A DNA stretch of 64,000 nt from Thermodesulfobacteriota bacterium (GTDB lineage: Bacteria > Desulfobacterota > Desulfobulbia > Desulfobulbales > SURF-16). Within the stretch, counting starts at the first letter, position 1. Each line of letters begins with the position of its first letter. Position numbers and translations under genes: made by a program. The stretch is from assembly GCA_039715015.1 (NCBI GenBank), contig JBDLIE010000004.1, forward strand, positions 58,991-122,990, written 5' to 3'. Below are positions 59,981 to 64,000 of this stretch, piece after piece. The notes below the pieces were generated by a model, which saw only the letters and a list, made by a program, of their open reading frames with translations, had not been told where the DNA came from and ran no database searches.

Positions 59981-60007
59981 AAAAAAAGAACGGAGACAGG
60001 ATAGATA

Positions 60008-60535
60008 CTATTCTTCGGTCCCGGCTTCCTCGACTTCTGGGCTCTCTTCAACAGCCTCAGTCTCGACAGGCTCAGATGCTTCTTCCTGGGCGTTTAAAGA
60101 GGTGATGAGTACTCTGAACTCGCCGACAACCTGGTAACCGGCCTTGTAAGAAACCGTGAATTCACCAAGGCTTTTGAGTGGCTCTTCAAGCATGATCTTG
60201 CGCTTGTCAACAGTGATGCCAAGCTCTTCAAGTTTGGCAGCGATATCAGAAGTTGTTACAGAACCGTACAGCTTGTTGTCTTCGCCGGAACGCATGGTGA
60301 TAGTCAAGGTAGTGCCATCCAGCTTTTTGGCAATGCCTTCAGCGTTACCACGTTCGCTCTCAAGGCGGGCCTGGATAGCGGCCATGTTGCGATCACGTTC
60401 TGTCATGGCTGCTTTGGTGGCAAGCACAGCCTTTCCTTGGGGGATAAGGTAATTGCGGCCATAGCCAGCTTTTACATTGACCAGGGCGCCCTCTTCACCA
60501 AGGGTATCTATTGTTTGTGTAAGAATAAGTTCCAT
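60008..60535 (-). CDS. rplI: 50S ribosomal protein L9 with acidic tail
   Basis: VKAGYGRNYLIP, KLYGSVT. Confidence 0.96.
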   Translation of the reverse strand: MELILTQTIDTLGEEGALVNVKAGYGRNYLIPQGKAVLATKAAMTERDRNMAAIQARLESERGNAEGIAKKLDGTTLTITMRSGEDNKLYGSVTTSDIAAKLEELGITVDKRKIMLEEPLKSLGEFTVSYKAGYQVVGEFRVLITSLNAQEEASEPVETEAVEESPEVEEAGTEE

Positions 60536-60621
60536 AATGGTCACCTCAGGTGTATAAACCTGTTGTCTATTTGATCTCGCAAGCGAGATATGTTTTTTTT
60601 CTCAAAGAGGAGGGCAGTTGT

Positions 60622-61587
60622 TTACGGCGCCTCTTCTTCCTTGTAGATCTTTCCTAAATCTTTCCAGACATCTAAAATCCCAAGAACTGCAAGCAGAACT
60701 ACGGAATAGGTCTGGATAAAGATGAAAAAATATATAAAAAATCTGATAGGTTTTGGAGCATCCCATCTTGCCAGCATGGCAAAAAGTACGGCCAATCCCT
60801 GCAGAAAATAAATGCTTGCCAGGATGAGTAGACCGTTGATGCCCAGGGTTTTCAAGCCTGATACCGGCAGGATCATAAGAATGCCTGCCAGAATCACCAA
60901 CCAAACCAGATTCTCGGGCAGTCTCCAGAAACGGTATGGCGGCCATACCGTGCGTTCCGGGGCATGACGCCCAAGTAATCGATTTCCCAGAGCCATGTTA
61001 AGCCAACTGATAATGATGGCTGACATGATGAGCAATGCCGGGAAAATTCCTGGCAGTTTCTGGCGGGCCTGGTCAAAGCCCCGCTCGATATCTGCCACAA
61101 CATCCGGGGAGAAATCTCCAGATGTCTTGTACATTTCTGCCATGTCGGCAAAGGCCTGGTCCATGGCGTTTAATCCTTCACTATATGGGTTAAGTCCGGT
61201 TGACTGCCAAAAAAGCAGGCCACCAATGAACCACCCCAGAAGGACAAGCAGAGTTGCCGTTAATCCTGCCCAGGCAACTGTTTTTCTTTTTTCCATTGCC
61301 CACGCCAACATCAAACCCACCGGAAAGAGGGTGAGTGGAAAGATGGCGTTGCCGATATCCTTTGCAAGCAATGAAACAAGGCCGGCAATGACAAAGGCAA
61401 TAAGGCAAACGTGACGACCGGCTTTCTGGCCCAGGGATACACTAAAGTAAAAGGGTGCCAGAGGTATAAGGGTGCGGAGCCACTCAAAAACCGGACTTAA
61501 GGCCGGAAGTATACAGAGCAAGGATGTAAGAGCAATCGCTCGCCACTGCTTCTGCGGTTCTGAACCGGTGTTAATCACATCCGGCAC
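60622..61587 (-). CDS. YybS/DUF2232-family membrane protein
   Basis: Multiple TM segments, WRLP, FLQGLAV, LGILD; between rpsR and rplI. Confidence 0.82.
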   Translation of the reverse strand: MPDVINTGSEPQKQWRAIALTSLLCILPALSPVFEWLRTLIPLAPFYFSVSLGQKAGRHVCLIAFVIAGLVSLLAKDIGNAIFPLTLFPVGLMLAWAMEKRKTVAWAGLTATLLVLLGWFIGGLLFWQSTGLNPYSEGLNAMDQAFADMAEMYKTSGDFSPDVVADIERGFDQARQKLPGIFPALLIMSAIIISWLNMALGNRLLGRHAPERTVWPPYRFWRLPENLVWLVILAGILMILPVSGLKTLGINGLLILASIYFLQGLAVLFAMLARWDAPKPIRFFIYFFIFIQTYSVVLLAVLGILDVWKDLGKIYKEEEAP

Positions 61588-61593
61588 GAAGTA

Positions 61594-61833
61594 CTAACCC
61601 TGTGGGTTGCCGGCGTAAGGTAAAAGGGCGATCTGACGCGCTCTTTTAATGGCCTCAGTCATCTGACGCTGGTGCTTGGCGCAGTTTCCATAGATGCGGC
61701 GAGGAATGATCTTGCCGCGTTCAGTAAGATAATTTTTCAGGGTTTTAACGTCTTTATAGTCAATGGTAAGTTCTTTGTCGGCACAAAAGCGGCACACTCT
61801 GCGGCGCTGGAAAATCCTTTTCTTTTTTCTCAT
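61594..61833 (-). CDS. rpsR: 30S ribosomal protein S18, Zn-binding form
   Basis: CRFC, IDYKD, GKIIPRR, CAKHQR, ALLPY. Confidence 0.97.
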   Translation of the reverse strand: MRKKKRIFQRRRVCRFCADKELTIDYKDVKTLKNYLTERGKIIPRRIYGNCAKHQRQMTEAIKRARQIALLPYAGNPQG

Positions 61834-61887
61834 GGTCTTATCCTTTATCGTAAATGGACTTGGATGTCAGTTTGTTTTGGGGCGCTG

Positions 61888-62247
61888 TTATTGGTCTTCA
61901 GTTTCTGAAGATTCGCTGTCCTCATCCTGATCTGCGTATGACTTGTCTGTCAGGACAAAGTTTTTGTCGAGCTTGATGGTCATGTATTTCAAGACATTGT
62001 CATCAATCTTAAAGATACGTTCCATCTCGTCGATTCCGGCGCCATTGCCAGAGAAAACAGTGTAGACATAGTAGCCGTTGGGCTCCTTTTTAATAGGATA
62101 GGCCAACTGCTTGAGCCCCCATTGGTCTACCTTGAGGATTTCACCGCCGGCATCTTTGATGATGTCCGCGGTTTTGTCACTGATGGCCGCAATGATGTCT
62201 TCGCTGACATTGGGCCTGATGATAGATATTGTTTCGTACTTTTCCAT
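61888..62247 (-). CDS. rpsF: 30S ribosomal protein S6
   Basis: YETISI, WGLKQLAYPIKK, GYY. Confidence 0.96.
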   Translation of the reverse strand: MEKYETISIIRPNVSEDIIAAISDKTADIIKDAGGEILKVDQWGLKQLAYPIKKEPNGYYVYTVFSGNGAGIDEMERIFKIDDNVLKYMTIKLDKNFVLTDKSYADQDEDSESSETEDQ

Positions 62248-62292
62248 AGGTCCTCCTTATGGACGTAAGGCCCCACCAAGGGGCAAGAAGGT
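62248..62292 (-). promoter_or_regulatory. S6:S18-binding ribosomal protein leader
   Basis: CCUUCUUGCCCC-UUGGU-GGGGCCUUACGUCCAUAAGGAGG: anti-SD arm pairs with AAGGAGG around an internal hairpin. Confidence 0.72.
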
Positions 62293-62720
62293 GACGGGTT
62301 AGAAATTCCGATTCGTTAATGAGTTCGAAATTGACCCACATCAAAATATAAAGTTGTCCTAATTACCATGGCTTCATGCTTGCTGTCAAACGGTTTTTTG
62401 GTGGCTGACAGCCTATGGCGACAAAATGAAAAAGACAAATATATTTTCTTGGGAAGAAGTTTAAAAAAAGTTAAGTAACCACTCTCTTTGTTGTATAGTG
62501 TCCTTATGTCATACAATCTGTTGTGTGCTTCATCTTCATAATTTGATTGACTTTTCTTCAGGGGCTGGAGTATTTAGATGTCCTTCTCCTCCCTAAGGAG
62601 TGCCTTAAGGCACAGGACATCTTGTGGACTGTTTCATAAACTTGGTGTCACTCTTAGAGAATTTTTCGGCATCAAAGGCCGAGCAGAGCACATACCAAAT
62701 AATTCAATAACTATAAAAAA

Positions 62721-63770
62721 ATGAGCAATTCATCCTCCTCACGTTACGCAGAAGCCGGCGTTGATATTGATAAGGCAAACGATTTTATCGATCAGATTAA
62801 GCCTCTTGTTTCTTCAACATTTAGACGGGGTGTTTTGACCGATATCGGTGGCTTCGGCGGCCTTTTCGCCTTGGGCGGTGATCGCTTTAAAGACCCTGTG
62901 TTGGTGTCCTCCACTGATGGTGTTGGTACCAAACTCAAGGTGGCCAGTCTCTGTAATGTCCATGATACCATTGGCATCGACCTGGTAGCCATGTGTGTCA
63001 ATGATATCGTTGTCTGTGGTGCACAGCCGCTCTTTTTCCTCGATTATTTCTCGGTTGGTAAGCTTGAGACTGATGTTGCCACCGATGTTGTCAAGGGTAT
63101 TGCCAAGGGGTGCGAGATTTCCAAATGTTCCCTGATCGGTGGCGAAACTGCAGAGATGCCTGGTTTGTATGACGCTGGTGACTATGACTTGGCCGGATTT
63201 GTCGTTGGTATTGCAGAACGTGACAAGCTTATTGATGGTTCTGAGATAAAGGTTGGGGACAAGATTGTCGGTCTTTCTTCCAGTGGAATTCACTCAAATG
63301 GTTATTCCCTGGTGCGCAAAATTTGTTTTGAGGAGCTTGGCCTTAAGGTTGATGATCACGTCGATGAACTCGGCTGCACTTTAGGAGAGGAGCTTATTCG
63401 CCCCACTCGGATTTATACAGAGCCCTTGCTTAATCTTTTTAAGAATTACAAGGTTCGTGGTCTGGTCCATATCACTGGCGGCGGTTTTGATGATAATATT
63501 CCCCGTGTTCTGCCAAAGAGCTGCAAGGCCGTGATTAAAAATGGCAGCTGGCCTATTCAGCCTATCTTCAAATTCCTGCAGGAGAAAGGGAATGTGCCTG
63601 TGGATGAGATGAGGCGTACCTTTAACTACGGTATTGGTATGGCCATAGTTATTGATGAAAGGGTGGTTGATGATGCTGTTCAACAGCTCATTGCCCTGGG
63701 AGAATCTCCCCATATTATCGGCGAAGTTGCTGCCCGTGAGAATGATGAAGAGTCAGTTGTTTTTGTTTGA
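62721..63770 (+). CDS. purM: Phosphoribosylformylglycinamidine cyclo-ligase
   Basis: YAEAGVDID, GGFGG, STDGVGTK, PLFFLDY, GGETAEMPG, SSGIHSNGYSL, HITGGG, TFNYGIG. Confidence 0.98.
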   Translation: MSNSSSSRYAEAGVDIDKANDFIDQIKPLVSSTFRRGVLTDIGGFGGLFALGGDRFKDPVLVSSTDGVGTKLKVASLCNVHDTIGIDLVAMCVNDIVVCGAQPLFFLDYFSVGKLETDVATDVVKGIAKGCEISKCSLIGGETAEMPGLYDAGDYDLAGFVVGIAERDKLIDGSEIKVGDKIVGLSSSGIHSNGYSLVRKICFEELGLKVDDHVDELGCTLGEELIRPTRIYTEPLLNLFKNYKVRGLVHITGGGFDDNIPRVLPKSCKAVIKNGSWPIQPIFKFLQEKGNVPVDEMRRTFNYGIGMAIVIDERVVDDAVQQLIALGESPHIIGEVAARENDEESVVFV

Positions 63771-63791
63771 TCAACGTCTAGGTTGAAAAGT

Positions 63792-63829
63792 AAAAAGGGC
63801 CGCGGAGATTTTTTCTCCGCGGCCCTTTT
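63792..63829. terminator. Bidirectional terminator after purM
   Basis: AAAAAGGGCCGCGGAGA-TTTTT-TCTCCGCGGCCCTTTT. Confidence 0.85.
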
Positions 63830-63846
63830 GTTTGGTTCATCACGGA

Positions 63847-64000
63847 TTACCGTGGAAACGTTGGTTTTAAATGTTTTGGTTTTGTCTTTTCCCCATTCAG
63901 GCCTGAACGAGCAGGGAGCTGGGCAAGGGAAAAGCATTGTGGACTGTCTGAGCGAATGCGAGACATAATGTCTGTCAGCAGAAAATAAATGACCTGCCCC
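63847..64000 (-). CDS. Possible 3' end of a gene entering from beyond the window
   Basis: Open minus frame ...GQVIYFLLTDIMSRIR...KPTFPR* stopping next to the bidirectional terminator. Confidence 0.4.
   Translation of the reverse strand, partial: GQVIYFLLTDIMSRIRSDSPQCFSLAQLPARSGLNGEKTKPKHLKPTFPR

Overview
Core-genome region of a sulfate/sulfur-metabolising deltaproteobacterium; gene set and protein sequences look Desulfobulbales-like (inference). It carries housekeeping genes (uvrD-like helicase, folC, pfkA, uup, mrp/apbC, selB, hflX, ntrY/ntrX-like pair, clpX-like ATPase, hemB, ttcA-like, hisB, rplM-rpsI, argC, truA, aspC, dusB, transketolase, lptE-leuS, dnaB, rplI, rpsR, rpsF, purM), tRNA-His and tRNA-Gly, and a ~16 kb MSHA-like type IV pilus locus (34.5-50.6 kb). 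No prophage, integrase, transposase or CRISPR array was seen. The best hidden signal is a pair of small convergent genes at 5011-5630 that the ORF track splits at in-frame TGA codons: a HesB/IscA-like selenoprotein (GGU-A-G) and a 72-aa CxxC-x9-U-x6-CxxC protein. Each has a SECIS-like hairpin just after the UGA, they share one bidirectional terminator, and selB lies 8 kb away. Other signals: a probable ATC start for hflX, two unannotated 57-aa proteins, an S6:S18-type leader, REP-like periodic palindromes, a modular MshQ-like adhesin with an internal duplication, and a DtxR/MntR regulator divergent from the major pilin. All calls are from reading the sequence; no database searches were run.
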